In this document: positions 48,240 to 57,540 of the stretch, piece after piece | Layout: each line of letters starts with the position of its first letter | How positions within the stretch are numbered: position 1 is the stretch's first letter | Source of the DNA: Gemmatimonadales bacterium | GTDB lineage: Bacteria; Gemmatimonadota; Gemmatimonadetes; Gemmatimonadales; GWC2-71-9 | Direction: 5' to 3' | Assembly: GCA_039794085.1 (NCBI GenBank) | Contig: JBDIWC010000005.1 | Coordinates: 1 to 64,000, forward strand | DNA length: 64,000 nucleotides | Position numbers and translations under genes: made by a program | The notes under the pieces: generated by a model | What the model was told of the DNA's origin: nothing | What the model saw: only the letters and a program-made list of their open reading frames with translations | Databases searched by the model: none

Positions 48240-48685
48240 GGGTGCCTCGCTCCTGTGGGTCGATGCCGTGCAGACTCATCGAGGGATCGCTGTTCCAGAC
48301 GACGGTCTTCCACGGTCCACGCCTTGTGGGCCGTTTCCCTCAGTCGTTCCAGGGAGCGCCGGTCCACCCGAGCGGCATCGAACGAGACCTGCTTCTCCTG
48401 CCGGATGCGCTCGGCCTCCCGGACCTGCTCCTGTTGGGCCTCCGCGGACTGGAGGGCGGCGTCCAGCACCAGCCCGTAGTTGCGGATCATTCCCACGACC
48501 GTCTCGGTGCTGGCGAGCCGGGAGGTTTCCCGCTGGAGCTCCTCGTAGCGGAGCCGGAGATGGTCCAGCGATTCGCGCTCGGCGTCCTCGCGACGGCGGG
48601 CCATCTGCAGGTCGACAGCCTGCTCCTGTTCGAGTGCGTGGCGCAGGCCGAGAAGCCGGTCCAGGCGAAAGGCGAATCGAGTCAT
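48236..48685 (-). CDS. fliJ: FliJ
   Basis: FAFRLDRLLGLR, LERLRE, EQRSLDE. Confidence 0.9.
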   Translation of the reverse strand: MTRFAFRLDRLLGLRHALEQEQAVDLQMARRREDAERESLDHLRLRYEELQRETSRLASTETVVGMIRNYGLVLDAALQSAEAQQEQVREAERIRQEKQVSFDAARVDRRSLERLRETAHKAWTVEDRRLEQRSLDESARHRPTGARHP

Positions 48686-50022
48686 GAGGGTGTCCGTCTG
48701 AGGGGGGCGGCCAGGGCTTGGAGGCGGGCCTGCGTATCGGCGAAGCTGGCCCATTCATCGGGGTGCTGTTGCAGGAAGGCGAGCAAATCTTCGCGCATGG
48801 TCAGGGCTGCGTCCACCTTTGGATTGGCCCCGGGCTTGTAGGCTCCGACGGCAATCAGGTCCTCATGGGCCCGATAGGCCGCCTCGAGTTGGAGAACGGC
48901 GTTGGCCGCGTCCCGGCTCGTGGCCGCAATCACGGCGTCGCGCACCCGGCTCACGCTCTCCAGGATGTCGATCGCGGGGAAATGCTTTCCCGCGGCGAGC
49001 CGCCGGGCCAACACGATGTGCCCGTCGAGGATCGACCGGGTGGCGTCCGCGACCGGTTCGGAGAAGTCATCGCCTTCGACCAGGACAGTGTACAAGGCGG
49101 TGATGCCGCCCACGACTCCGGGACCCGCCCGTTCCAGCAGCCGGGGCAGGTGGGCGAAGACGGAGGGGGGGTAGCCCTTGGTCGTGGGGGGTTCTCCCGC
49201 GGCGAGACCAATCTCCCGCCACGCCATGGCAACCCGGGTGATGGAATCCACCATCAGAAGCACCTGCCGACCCTGGTCGCGGAAGTATTCGGCGATCCCC
49301 GTGGCGACCAGCGCTCCGGTGGCCCGGACCACGGCCGGTTGGTCGCTCGTGGCCACCACCAGGACCGAGCGCTCCAGGCCTTCGGGACCCAGGTCGGACT
49401 CGATGAACTCCCGGACCTCACGGCCCCGTTCCCCGAGGAGTGCGATCACGTTGACGTCGGCGGTGGTTCGCCGGGCGATCATCCCGAGGAGAACACTCTT
49501 TCCGACTCCGCTTCCCGCCATGATGCCGATGCGCTGGCCCTGGCCCAGGGTGAGGAGGCCGTCAATGGCACGCACTCCGGTGCCCAGGGGCGCCGAGATC
49601 CGGGCGCGCTCGAGGGGGTTGGGAGGAGCGGCGTTGAGGGGACGGCGCACGGCGTGGGGCACGGGGCCGCCCCCGTCGAGCGGGTGTCCGAGGCCATCGA
49701 GGATGCGACCGACGAGGCCGGGCCCCACTGACACGTAGAGCGAACGCCCCAGCGGACGGACGGCGGCCCCGGGCTGGATTCCCTCCACCTCCCCCATGGG
49801 CATCAGGGACACGCCGCGTTGGTTGAAACCCACCACGAGCGCGAGAAGTGAGTCACTCCCGGCGACCACGCGGCAGACCTCCCCGACACTGACTTCCAGT
49901 GGCGACGCTTCCACGATCTGGCCCACGACGCGGGTGACCCGGCTCTGGACGATGAAGCGCGGGGAGCCCTCGAGCCTGTCGAGAGCCTGGGACAGGAGGG
50001 CGGAGCCGGCGGATTCAGACAT
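48682..50022 (-). CDS. fliI: Export ATPase FliI
   Basis: AGSGVGKS, GERGREVREF, GEPPTTKGYPPSVF, ILDGHIVL. Confidence 0.97.
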   Translation of the reverse strand: MSESAGSALLSQALDRLEGSPRFIVQSRVTRVVGQIVEASPLEVSVGEVCRVVAGSDSLLALVVGFNQRGVSLMPMGEVEGIQPGAAVRPLGRSLYVSVGPGLVGRILDGLGHPLDGGGPVPHAVRRPLNAAPPNPLERARISAPLGTGVRAIDGLLTLGQGQRIGIMAGSGVGKSVLLGMIARRTTADVNVIALLGERGREVREFIESDLGPEGLERSVLVVATSDQPAVVRATGALVATGIAEYFRDQGRQVLLMVDSITRVAMAWREIGLAAGEPPTTKGYPPSVFAHLPRLLERAGPGVVGGITALYTVLVEGDDFSEPVADATRSILDGHIVLARRLAAGKHFPAIDILESVSRVRDAVIAATSRDAANAVLQLEAAYRAHEDLIAVGAYKPGANPKVDAALTMREDLLAFLQQHPDEWASFADTQARLQALAAPLRRTPS

Positions 50023-50623
50023 GGCGCATCCGATCGAAGAGGGCCACCAGCGATTCGTCGAGGCGACCATCGATGAGCCGGTGCGGGGTCTCGACCCGGC
50101 AGCCGCCACGCTCGGTCGCGGGGTCCGCGACCCAATCGATCGCATGCCCGCCAGACGAAAACGTCTGGCGCCACGAGGCCAGAGCCACGAGATCGTCGGG
50201 GTGCAGGTGCAGTCGGATGGTGGTAGGAGACGGGGCGAGTTCCACGGCACGGGTCACCAGGGCCCGCAGGATGTCCGGGTCGGCCTCCACCTCGCGCAGC
50301 ACCAGGTGCCGGGCGATGGCCAAGCTGAGCGCATGCAGATGATCGCTAAAATCTCGCGTGAGATCATCGCGCGCCTCGGTCAGGGCCGCGGTGGCGGTCT
50401 CCAGAAGAGCGAGAGCCGCCCGTACCCGGCGGTCCCCCTCGGCCCGGGCGGCCTCCTCTCCCTCGGCCCACCCCCGGGCGTAGGCCGTCGCGTCAGGGTC
50501 CGGTGGGGACGGGGGGGTGGAGGAGTCTCCTCCGCGGGCGCGAGTGAGCTCCGGCAACGGCCAGATTGTGATGCGTCCCGTAGACGCGGGCGGAGCACCC
50601 ACGTCAGGAAATGAAGTCGTCAT
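50015..50623 (-). CDS. fliH: FliH
   Basis: AYARGWAEG, LHPDD, ERGGCRVET...IDG. Confidence 0.9.
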   Translation of the reverse strand: MTTSFPDVGAPPASTGRITIWPLPELTRARGGDSSTPPSPPDPDATAYARGWAEGEEAARAEGDRRVRAALALLETATAALTEARDDLTRDFSDHLHALSLAIARHLVLREVEADPDILRALVTRAVELAPSPTTIRLHLHPDDLVALASWRQTFSSGGHAIDWVADPATERGGCRVETPHRLIDGRLDESLVALFDRMRHV

Positions 50624-51623
50624 CGGCTGCCCGGCCAGCGATGATCAGCTCGCCCGCCTCCTCCAGCTTGCGCAAGGTTTCGATGATTCGCATGTGGGTC
50701 GCTTCCACATCGCGAACCCGCACCGGCCCCATGAACTCAATCTCCTCCCGCAGGGATTCCGCGGCGCGCTCCGACATGTTGGACATTACCTTGGTCTTCA
50801 CCCCCTCACTGGCGGCCTTGAGGGCCATGGCCAGCTCCTTGCTGTCCACATCACGCAGAAGGCGCTGCATCGCCTTGTTGTCCAGGAGGGTGAGATCCTC
50901 GAACGTGAACATCAGGTTCTTGATCTGGGCTGCCAGGTCACCGTTACGGCCGGCCACCACATCCAACAAGGTCTTCTCCAGGGAACTCGGCGTGAAATTC
51001 AACACCTTGGCCACGGCGGCCGGCCCTCCGGTCTGGGTGAGTTCCTGGGACAACGACAGGTCAGTCTCGGCGCCCAGCCCGGCCTCGACCAGCTGCAGCA
51101 TCTCCGGAGACACCTTCTCCATCCGGCCCACCCGGTAGAGCACGTCCCCCGCCATCACCGGGTCCATGGCTTCGATCAAGCCGGCCGCCTGGCGGGCATC
51201 GAGATGGGCCAGGATGAGCGCGATGGTCTGGGGGTGCTCTCCGCGAAGCACGGTGAACAAGACCTCGGGGGGCGCCTTCTTGAGACGCGTCAATCCCGTC
51301 TCCGTGATCTGGGTCTGGATCCGTTCCAGCACGGAGCGGGCCTTGTTGGGACCGAGTGCCTGTTCGAGGATATCGCGCGCGATCTCGATTCCTCCCATGG
51401 CGATCTGCTCCACAGCCCGGACCACATCGCGGTACTCGTGAAGGACCTGGTCCACCACCTCCGGTTGCACCCGGTCCGTGGACGCGATCTCCCGGGACAC
51501 CCGTTCCATGTCGGTGGGGCCGAGCGCCTGCATGATCCGGGCGGATACCTCGGTGCCCAGTGCCATGCACAGCACGGCGCTCTTCTTCGCACCCGAGAGT
51601 GAGGTGTCCCGCCCGCGGGTCAC
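50604..51623 (-). CDS. fliG: Rotor protein FliG
   Basis: EHPQTIALIL, GG..VAKVLN, MFTFEDL, NMSERAA, GPVRVRDVE. Confidence 0.97.
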   Translation of the reverse strand: MTRGRDTSLSGAKKSAVLCMALGTEVSARIMQALGPTDMERVSREIASTDRVQPEVVDQVLHEYRDVVRAVEQIAMGGIEIARDILEQALGPNKARSVLERIQTQITETGLTRLKKAPPEVLFTVLRGEHPQTIALILAHLDARQAAGLIEAMDPVMAGDVLYRVGRMEKVSPEMLQLVEAGLGAETDLSLSQELTQTGGPAAVAKVLNFTPSSLEKTLLDVVAGRNGDLAAQIKNLMFTFEDLTLLDNKAMQRLLRDVDSKELAMALKAASEGVKTKVMSNMSERAAESLREEIEFMGPVRVRDVEATHMRIIETLRKLEEAGELIIAGRAADDDFIS

Positions 51624-53104
51624 GCCGTCTCCTCGGCCAACCAGGCCCGGATCACCTTCGCGGCAGTGTCGGGTGAGGAGGACGAGTGCTGCTGCAACTG
51701 GGTTCGGAGCTGCATGTTGGCCGGCGTGGGTGCGGGAATGGCGAACTCCTCCGGACTGGACGCGAGTGGCGGCGGAGTGGCGGTCGGCGGCGCGATCCGG
51801 GCTGCCCGCACCGGGCCGAGCGCGCGCCATCCGAGCAGAAACGCGACAAGAATGGCGAGTAGACTCGCCACCGGTTGCCCGAGGCGTTCCACAAGCTCCC
51901 AGATGGTGCTCTTCGGAGCCTCGGTCGGAAGGCTCAGCGTGGAGTCGAACCCGGGAACGATTCCGAAGGGCATGGCCAGCAGCGAGAGCTGGTCTCCCCG
52001 GGTGGCGTCGAAACCGATGGCATTCCGAATGGCAACCTCCAGGGACGCTCGGCGGCCGCCGTCGGCATCGAGGGAGGCGATGACCCGTTCATCCAGAAGC
52101 ACGGCCACGCTCATCCGCTGGATGGATCCGACGGCGCCGATGATCTTTTCGAGACGACGGGTGTTCTGGTACGTGTTGTTGTACACCGTCTGGGCCGATC
52201 CCGGGGCTCCCCCCCCCTCACTGACCTGCTCGGACTGGAGCACCTGACCCTCGGGGTCGAATGATTCCGTGGTGCGGTCCACCTGCTCGAAGTTGAGCTG
52301 GGCGGTCACCTCCACTCGTGCGGCGCCCGCTCCCACGGCGGCTGTCAGCAAGGCGGTCACCTTGTCGCGGAGGTGAGTCTCCACCGCGCGCTGGGCCTCG
52401 AGCTGGCGGGTCGTCATTCCGGTGGCGGTGGCCCCGTCTCCCTCCATCGGGGAGGAGAGGAGGCGGCCGGAGTCGTCCATCACTGCGACATGATCCGGGG
52501 AGAGGCGCTCCACGCTGTTGCTGAGAATGTGGGAGATGCCCCGGACCGTCTCGGGTGCCAGGCTCGCGCCCGGACGCAGAGTGAGCACGACCGCCGCCTG
52601 CACCGGGTGATCCAGTCGTCGCAGGGGGCTCGATTCCGGCAGGGCGAGATGGACCTGGGCTCCCTCGACTCCGCGGACCAGGCGAATCGTGCGGCTCAGT
52701 TCCCCTTCCAGGGCGCGGCGGTAGGTGATCCGTTGGGTGAAATCCGTCATCCCCCAGGAGGGACGATCGAACAGTTCGAGGCCCGGTCGCCCGTCGGCGG
52801 GAAGGCCATCCTGAGCCACCATGACCCGGGCGCGGGCCACGTCGCCCACCGGCACTTCCAGGTCCTGTCCCGAGGCGCTCAAGCGAAAGCGGATTCCACC
52901 CTGGGACAGGACGTCGGACACCCGGCCGATTTCGGCGAGTTCGAGACCCTGAAAAATCGGGACATACGTGGGGCGGCTGAACCAGACTCCCAACGCCAGG
53001 AGGCCACCGACCAGGAGAAGGGTCATCCCGGCCAACAGGGCCCTTTGGGGTCCGGGCACCGTGCGGACGAGCGTCGTCAAGGCGTTGCCGGGGAGGGAAG
53101 CCAT
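51620..53104 (-). CDS. fliF: MS-ring protein FliF
   Basis: GLELFD, YRRALEGELSRTI, AIGFD.TRGD; two TM segments. Confidence 0.95.
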   Translation of the reverse strand: MASLPGNALTTLVRTVPGPQRALLAGMTLLLVGGLLALGVWFSRPTYVPIFQGLELAEIGRVSDVLSQGGIRFRLSASGQDLEVPVGDVARARVMVAQDGLPADGRPGLELFDRPSWGMTDFTQRITYRRALEGELSRTIRLVRGVEGAQVHLALPESSPLRRLDHPVQAAVVLTLRPGASLAPETVRGISHILSNSVERLSPDHVAVMDDSGRLLSSPMEGDGATATGMTTRQLEAQRAVETHLRDKVTALLTAAVGAGAARVEVTAQLNFEQVDRTTESFDPEGQVLQSEQVSEGGGAPGSAQTVYNNTYQNTRRLEKIIGAVGSIQRMSVAVLLDERVIASLDADGGRRASLEVAIRNAIGFDATRGDQLSLLAMPFGIVPGFDSTLSLPTEAPKSTIWELVERLGQPVASLLAILVAFLLGWRALGPVRAARIAPPTATPPPLASSPEEFAIPAPTPANMQLRTQLQQHSSSSPDTAAKVIRAWLAEETA

Positions 53105-53124
53105 GGATCACCGCATCCTGGAAG

Positions 53125-53427
53125 TCATACCTGAATGCTCATGATCGTCCGGTAGGCGTCCTGCAGCTTGTTCCGGATCTCCACCAGGACTTCGAGCGAA
53201 ATGGAGGCTTCCTCCGCCGCCGCCATGACCTGGGCCAGGTCCACGGGCTCTCCGCGCATGAAGGCCGAGAAGAGGTCGTCCCGGGTCTGTTGCACTTCCC
53301 CGACTTCGTTCACGGCCCGCCGAAGCTGGTCCGCGAAGCCCGCGCCACCCGTGGGCCCGGTGACCGAGGGGAGCCGCGGCTCGATCGGGAGGAGGAATCC
53401 CCCGTCAGGACGGATCGGTGCGGTCAT
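53125..53427 (-). CDS. fliE: FliE
   Basis: VEIRNKLQDAYRTIMSIQV. Confidence 0.92.
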   Translation of the reverse strand: MTAPIRPDGGFLLPIEPRLPSVTGPTGGAGFADQLRRAVNEVGEVQQTRDDLFSAFMRGEPVDLAQVMAAAEEASISLEVLVEIRNKLQDAYRTIMSIQV

Positions 53428-53428
53428 C

Positions 53429-53704
53429 TCAGACCCGGACGTCGATGCGCTGGCCCACGGGCGCCTGCGGCGTGTCATGGTGCCCGGTACCCCGCCCGTA
53501 CGTCAGGGGGCCCCGGGCTGTCCTGGACAGAAAGAAGGAGCGCTCCTCGTCGGTCAGGATGTCCCAGAGGGTGGCGTCCTGACCCGCCGGTTTGGCCTCG
53601 GGAGGACCAGGAGGAGGTGCCGGGGGGCCCGGGTCCGGGGCGGGCAACGGCTGTGGCGTCGAGGCGCCGGCCAGGGGAAAGCGCGCAGCGGGCCCGATGT
53701 CCAT
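53429..53704 (-). CDS. Hypothetical 91-aa protein within the flgBC-fliE operon
   Basis: Tightly packed (1-2 nt gaps); LWDILTDEERSFF, GPLTYG, GQRIDVRV. Confidence 0.65.
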   Translation of the reverse strand: MDIGPAARFPLAGASTPQPLPAPDPGPPAPPPGPPEAKPAGQDATLWDILTDEERSFFLSRTARGPLTYGRGTGHHDTPQAPVGQRIDVRV

Positions 53705-53706
53705 GC

Positions 53707-54129
53707 TCAGATCTCCAACGCCCGGCGCAACATCGCCTTGGCGGCCTGAAAGGCCGTGGCGTTCGCCTCGTGTAGCCGCCGAGCCATGACCAGATCGACC
53801 ATCTCCGTGGCCATGTCCACGTTGGGATGACGCACGTATCCCTGGGCGTCCGCGTCCGGGTGTCCGGGATCATAGACCAGCCGACCCTCCCCGGCGTCCG
53901 CCACCCGGTCGATGGTGACCTGCCCGGTGGCGTCGTCCCTCCGTGCCACCGCGAGCTGGCGGCGATAGGGGCCGCCCTCGGCGGTGCGCATCGTGTTGGC
54001 GTTGGCGATGTTCTCCGCGATGACGCTCATGAACTCCTGCTGGCGGGCCATGCCGCTCGCACTGGTGGCGAGAGGACCCAGGAGCCCCCGAAGGGGACGG
54101 GGAACGAGGGGACCGAGCGGATCAGCCAT
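53707..54129 (-). CDS. flgC: Rod protein FlgC
   Basis: ENIANANT, GPYRRQ, YDPGHPDAD.QGYV..PNVD. Confidence 0.95.
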   Translation of the reverse strand: MADPLGPLVPRPLRGLLGPLATSASGMARQQEFMSVIAENIANANTMRTAEGGPYRRQLAVARRDDATGQVTIDRVADAGEGRLVYDPGHPDADAQGYVRHPNVDMATEMVDLVMARRLHEANATAFQAAKAMLRRALEI

Positions 54130-54415
54130 TGCGCATCGTGACCCGGAGGTCGGCGTAGGCGCGCTGGAGAAGACGGGCCGTGGCCTCGAACCGCAGCTGG
54201 GTGTCGGCCAGGGAGGCCATGTTCGTCAGCAACTCCTGCTCGCCGATCGCCGTACCCGCGGCCTCACCGAGCGCATCGGCGAAGGAGGACGCGGAACTCG
54301 CCCGGCTGCCATCCGCCAGCCGGGTCGCAATCGCTGTATGGGTGGCGGACAACTCGGCCAGCCCGCCGCGAAGACGCCAGGGTGCCGTGCCAGTTCCAAA
54401 CAGTGCCTTGATCAT
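54122..54415 (-). CDS. flgB: Rod protein FlgB (short, divergent)
   Basis: First gene before flgC; C-terminal MASLADTQLRFEATARLL. Confidence 0.75.
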   Translation of the reverse strand: MIKALFGTGTAPWRLRGGLAELSATHTAIATRLADGSRASSASSFADALGEAAGTAIGEQELLTNMASLADTQLRFEATARLLQRAYADLRVTMRNG

Positions 54416-54448
54416 GCGACGGCTCCAGAAGTGAGTGCCGTCAGAAAG

Positions 54449-54463
54449 GCAAGGCGTATACCA
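54449..54463 (-). promoter_or_regulatory. Sigma54 promoter of the flgB operon
   Basis: TGGTATACGCCTTGC (GG-N10-GC). Confidence 0.8.
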
Positions 54464-54564
54464 CAGAAGGCAGGGCCACTGCCCCGCCCTGTAACTGATG
54501 AACCGATAGGTGGTTAGATGGGTGGCGCCAGGAGAAGGTGGGGGGGGACGGGACCCGCTCAGGC

Positions 54565-54601
54565 CGGAAGAAGCTGCCGCCTGAACCGGCGGATCTTGCC
54601 T
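54565..54601. promoter_or_regulatory. Paired enhancer-like sites
   Basis: CGGAAGAAGCTGCCG (54565-79) and CGGCGGATCTTGCCT (54587-601), 22 bp apart. Confidence 0.6.
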
Positions 54602-54620
54602 TCCGGTCCCTCGCAGATCT

Positions 54621-56021
54621 TCAGGCCGCGGGGGTCTTCGGTGTGTTGAGTTTGTTCCGCAGCGTCCGTTCGCTGACTCCCAGAAGCTTGGCCGCCTTGA
54701 TCCGATGCCCTCCGGTCACTTCCAGCGCCCGGGTGATGGCCTCCCGCTCGAGCTGGGCCAGGTCCAGTGTGTCCGAAGAAAAGGGTGGGGGGGTCCCGCG
54801 ACTCAAGGCCAGGCCCGTCCCCTCCGGCGCGGGGGACGACATGGGAGCGGGTGCCCCGCCCCGCAGATCGGAGAAGGCCACTGGAGTGATGGACCGGCCA
54901 CCCGCAAAGATGACCGCGCGTTCCACCGCGTGGCTCAATTCCCGGACATTCCCGGGCCAGGTGTGCTCCTGGAGGCACTGCAACGCCTCGGGAGAAATAT
55001 CTGGAACGCTCACCGACAGTTCCGAGGCGGCGAGGCGGAGAAAGTGGTTGACCAGCAACGGAATGTCGTCGGTCCGCTCCCGCAGGGGAGGGGACCGGAG
55101 TGGCACCACGTTCAGCCGGTAGAACAGGTCCGCCCGGAAGCGCCCCTCCTCGACCTCGGAACGCAGGCATCGATTCGTGGTGGCCACCAGGCGGACGTCC
55201 ACCTTGACGCTTTGTGATCCCCCGACGCGCTCGAATTCCTGCTCCTGGATCGCCCGGAGCAGCTTGGCCTGGAGATCGAGACGCATCTCCGAAATCTCAT
55301 CCAGAAGGAGCGTGCCCCCGTGGGCTCGTTCGAAGGCGCCTTGGACCCGTCCGACGGCGCCCGTGAAGGCCCCCTTCTCGTGGCCGAACAGAACGCTTTC
55401 GATGAGTCCCTCGGGCATCGCGGCGCAGTTCACCGTGACGAAGGGACCCTTGGCCCGGCTGCCGAGATCGTGCAGTGCGCGGGCAAGCACCTCCTTGCCG
55501 GTTCCCGATTCCCCCTCGAGGAGAACGGCGGCCTTGGTGGGGGCCACGGTCGCCACCTGCTCCATCAGGCGGCGCATGACGGCACTCTGTCCGATGATGA
55601 CCCGGCCGACCTTCAGGGCATTCAACTCCGCGCGAATCCGTTCGTTCTCCAGCTCCAGCTCCCGAAAGCTCAGGGCGTGCGTGATGGCGGATTCGAGGCG
55701 GGCCGCGTTGATCGGTTTGGTGATGTAGTCCACGGCACCGCTGCGGATCGACACCACCGCGTGGTCGATGCTGGAAAAGGCGGTCATGATGATCGTAGGG
55801 ATGTGGTGCCCCTCCTGTTCCAAGGCGCTCGCCAGCTCCAGCCCCGTCATCCGCGGCATCTGGTAGTCCGCGAGGACCAGGTCGATGGGGCGGTGATCCG
55901 CCTCCCGTAGCGCATCCTCCGCGCTGATCGCGAACACCGCTTGATGACCGAGGCGGGTCAGGGCGTGTTCGAGCACCACTCCGACCGAGGGTTCGTCATC
56001 CACACACATGATCGTGGCCAT
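54621..56021 (-). CDS. NtrC-family sigma54-dependent response regulator (probable flagellar activator)
   Basis: Receiver (CVDDE, DYQMP, KP), GESGTGKE, GAFTGA, LLDEI, WPGNVREL, C-terminal HTH. Confidence 0.95.
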   Translation of the reverse strand: MATIMCVDDEPSVGVVLEHALTRLGHQAVFAISAEDALREADHRPIDLVLADYQMPRMTGLELASALEQEGHHIPTIIMTAFSSIDHAVVSIRSGAVDYITKPINAARLESAITHALSFRELELENERIRAELNALKVGRVIIGQSAVMRRLMEQVATVAPTKAAVLLEGESGTGKEVLARALHDLGSRAKGPFVTVNCAAMPEGLIESVLFGHEKGAFTGAVGRVQGAFERAHGGTLLLDEISEMRLDLQAKLLRAIQEQEFERVGGSQSVKVDVRLVATTNRCLRSEVEEGRFRADLFYRLNVVPLRSPPLRERTDDIPLLVNHFLRLAASELSVSVPDISPEALQCLQEHTWPGNVRELSHAVERAVIFAGGRSITPVAFSDLRGGAPAPMSSPAPEGTGLALSRGTPPPFSSDTLDLAQLEREAITRALEVTGGHRIKAAKLLGVSERTLRNKLNTPKTPAA

Positions 56022-56052
56022 GCTCAGCACCTTCCGTGATGGGGGACCTCCC

Positions 56053-56080
56053 TCAAGGCGGGGGCCCCGTGATCCGATAC
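56053..56080 (+). promoter_or_regulatory. Sigma28-like promoter for flgL-fliW
   Basis: TCAA-N16-TCCGATAC. Confidence 0.7.
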
Positions 56081-56110
56081 CCTCGGGACAACCACCTGAG
56101 GGTAGACCGC

Positions 56111-56980
56111 ATGCGCATTTCGACCGCCAACCTCCAGCAGCGGGTCCTGCGGGACCTCCAAATCGGCCTGGCCCAGCTCGACCAAGCCCGGGAAAACGCC
56201 AGCTCCGGAAAGCGGGTCCTGCGCGCCTCGGATGATCCGGTCGCCACCGCCCGGATTCTCCGGACCGACCGCGACCTCCGGGCCATCGACCAGTACCAGC
56301 GCACCATCGGCTCGGTACGAACCCGCCTCGACACCGAGGAGGCCGTCCTCGACCAGGTGACCGACATCGTGGGCCGGGCCCGGGAGCTGGCCGTGGCCCA
56401 AGGCACGGCCAGTGCCACGGCCGAAAGCCGCGCGATCACGGCCCTCGAGGTGGATCGCCTTCTCGAACAGGTCGTCGCCCTGGGAAACACCCGTGTGGGC
56501 AACGAGTTCCTTTTCGCCGGCGCCGCCACCGGGGCCCCTCCCATGCAGGCCGGCGGGGTGTACGTGGGCGACACCACCACTCGCCAGGCCGAAATCGGTG
56601 CCGGGGTGCTGGTTCCCCTGCCGCACCATGGCGAAGAACTCTTCATCTCCTCCGGCACCGTGGCCGGCCTCATTGCGCTGCGGGATGCACTGAACGCGAA
56701 CGACCAAACGTCTGTCATGACGGCGATCGGGGGCCTCGACACGGCCTTCGACCGCACCCAGGGCTTCGTCGCCGACATCGGGGCACGGACCCGGCAACTC
56801 GACTCCATGGCCTCCAGCCATGAGTCCACGAGCGCCACGGTCCTTCTCCAGCGCAGCGACCTTCAGGACGTGTCCCTGGAGGAGGCCACGATCCGCATGG
56901 TCGGCTTGCAGACCACAATACAGGCGGCACTCCTCGCCGCCAACCGTGTGCTCACCACCTCCCTGGCGGATCGACTGTGA
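56111..56980 (+). CDS. flgL: Hook-associated protein FlgL
   Basis: MRIST, SSGKRVLRASDDPV, FLFAG, SLADRL. Confidence 0.93.
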   Translation: MRISTANLQQRVLRDLQIGLAQLDQARENASSGKRVLRASDDPVATARILRTDRDLRAIDQYQRTIGSVRTRLDTEEAVLDQVTDIVGRARELAVAQGTASATAESRAITALEVDRLLEQVVALGNTRVGNEFLFAGAATGAPPMQAGGVYVGDTTTRQAEIGAGVLVPLPHHGEELFISSGTVAGLIALRDALNANDQTSVMTAIGGLDTAFDRTQGFVADIGARTRQLDSMASSHESTSATVLLQRSDLQDVSLEEATIRMVGLQTTIQAALLAANRVLTTSLADRL

Positions 56981-57456
56981 GCCCCGCCGCCGCCGAGTGT
57001 TCCGCCGCCTCCGATGCACTGAATGTGCCAACACGACTTTTTGGGAACCTGAGTGTCAACCGGGAGACATGTTACGACTTTACGCTTGGCCTGCCGGGCT
57101 TTCCGGGCCTCCGGGTCTTTACGCTCCTCCCCGCGGCCCCGGTCGGACTCCATTGGTTGCAGTCGGTCGAGGAACCCGCTCTTGCATTTCTCCTCACTCC
57201 CACGGACCGTCTCGTCCCCGACTTCGACCGTCGGGCCGTGAAAGCCGGCGCAGCGGATCTTCTCTTCGCCATCATCACGCTCCCCGCCACGAAGGGAGCC
57301 CCGGCCACCGCCAATCTTCAGGCACCTCTCCTCCTCGATCCGGTGGAGAGGACGGCCAGGCAGTGCATTCTGGAACGCTCCCCCTGGGGATTTCACCACC
57401 CGGTTTCCCTCGCATTTCTGGCCGCTTCCTCAAGTTCCTCCCCACCGACCCGATAA
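56977..57456 (+). CDS. fliW: Flagellar assembly factor FliW
   Basis: GLPGF, WLQSVEEPALAFLL, TANLQAPLL, ARQCIL. Confidence 0.9.
   Translation: MSPAAAECSAASDALNVPTRLFGNLSVNRETCYDFTLGLPGFPGLRVFTLLPAAPVGLHWLQSVEEPALAFLLTPTDRLVPDFDRRAVKAGAADLLFAIITLPATKGAPATANLQAPLLLDPVERTARQCILERSPWGFHHPVSLAFLAASSSSSPPTR
57430..57456 (+). promoter_or_regulatory. Sigma28-like promoter for fliC
   Basis: TCAA-N15-CCCGATAA. Confidence 0.78.
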
Positions 57457-57495
57457 CTCTCACCAGCGGCGGGGTGCTTCCCCACGCAATCCACA

Positions 57496-57531
57496 GGAGC
57501 AGGGACGCTCCGTCACACATCATCAGGGAGT
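57496..57531 (+). promoter_or_regulatory. CsrA-binding sites in the fliC leader
   Basis: Stem GGAGC/GCTCC with loop AGGGAC; second CAGGGAG overlaps the SD. Confidence 0.65.
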
Positions 57532-57540
57532 GAAAGAACC

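Noticed and set aside
36244..53104. Non-flagellar type III injectisome
   Set aside because: Hook, rod, ring, stator and flagellin genes are all present, and there is no secretin or needle gene.
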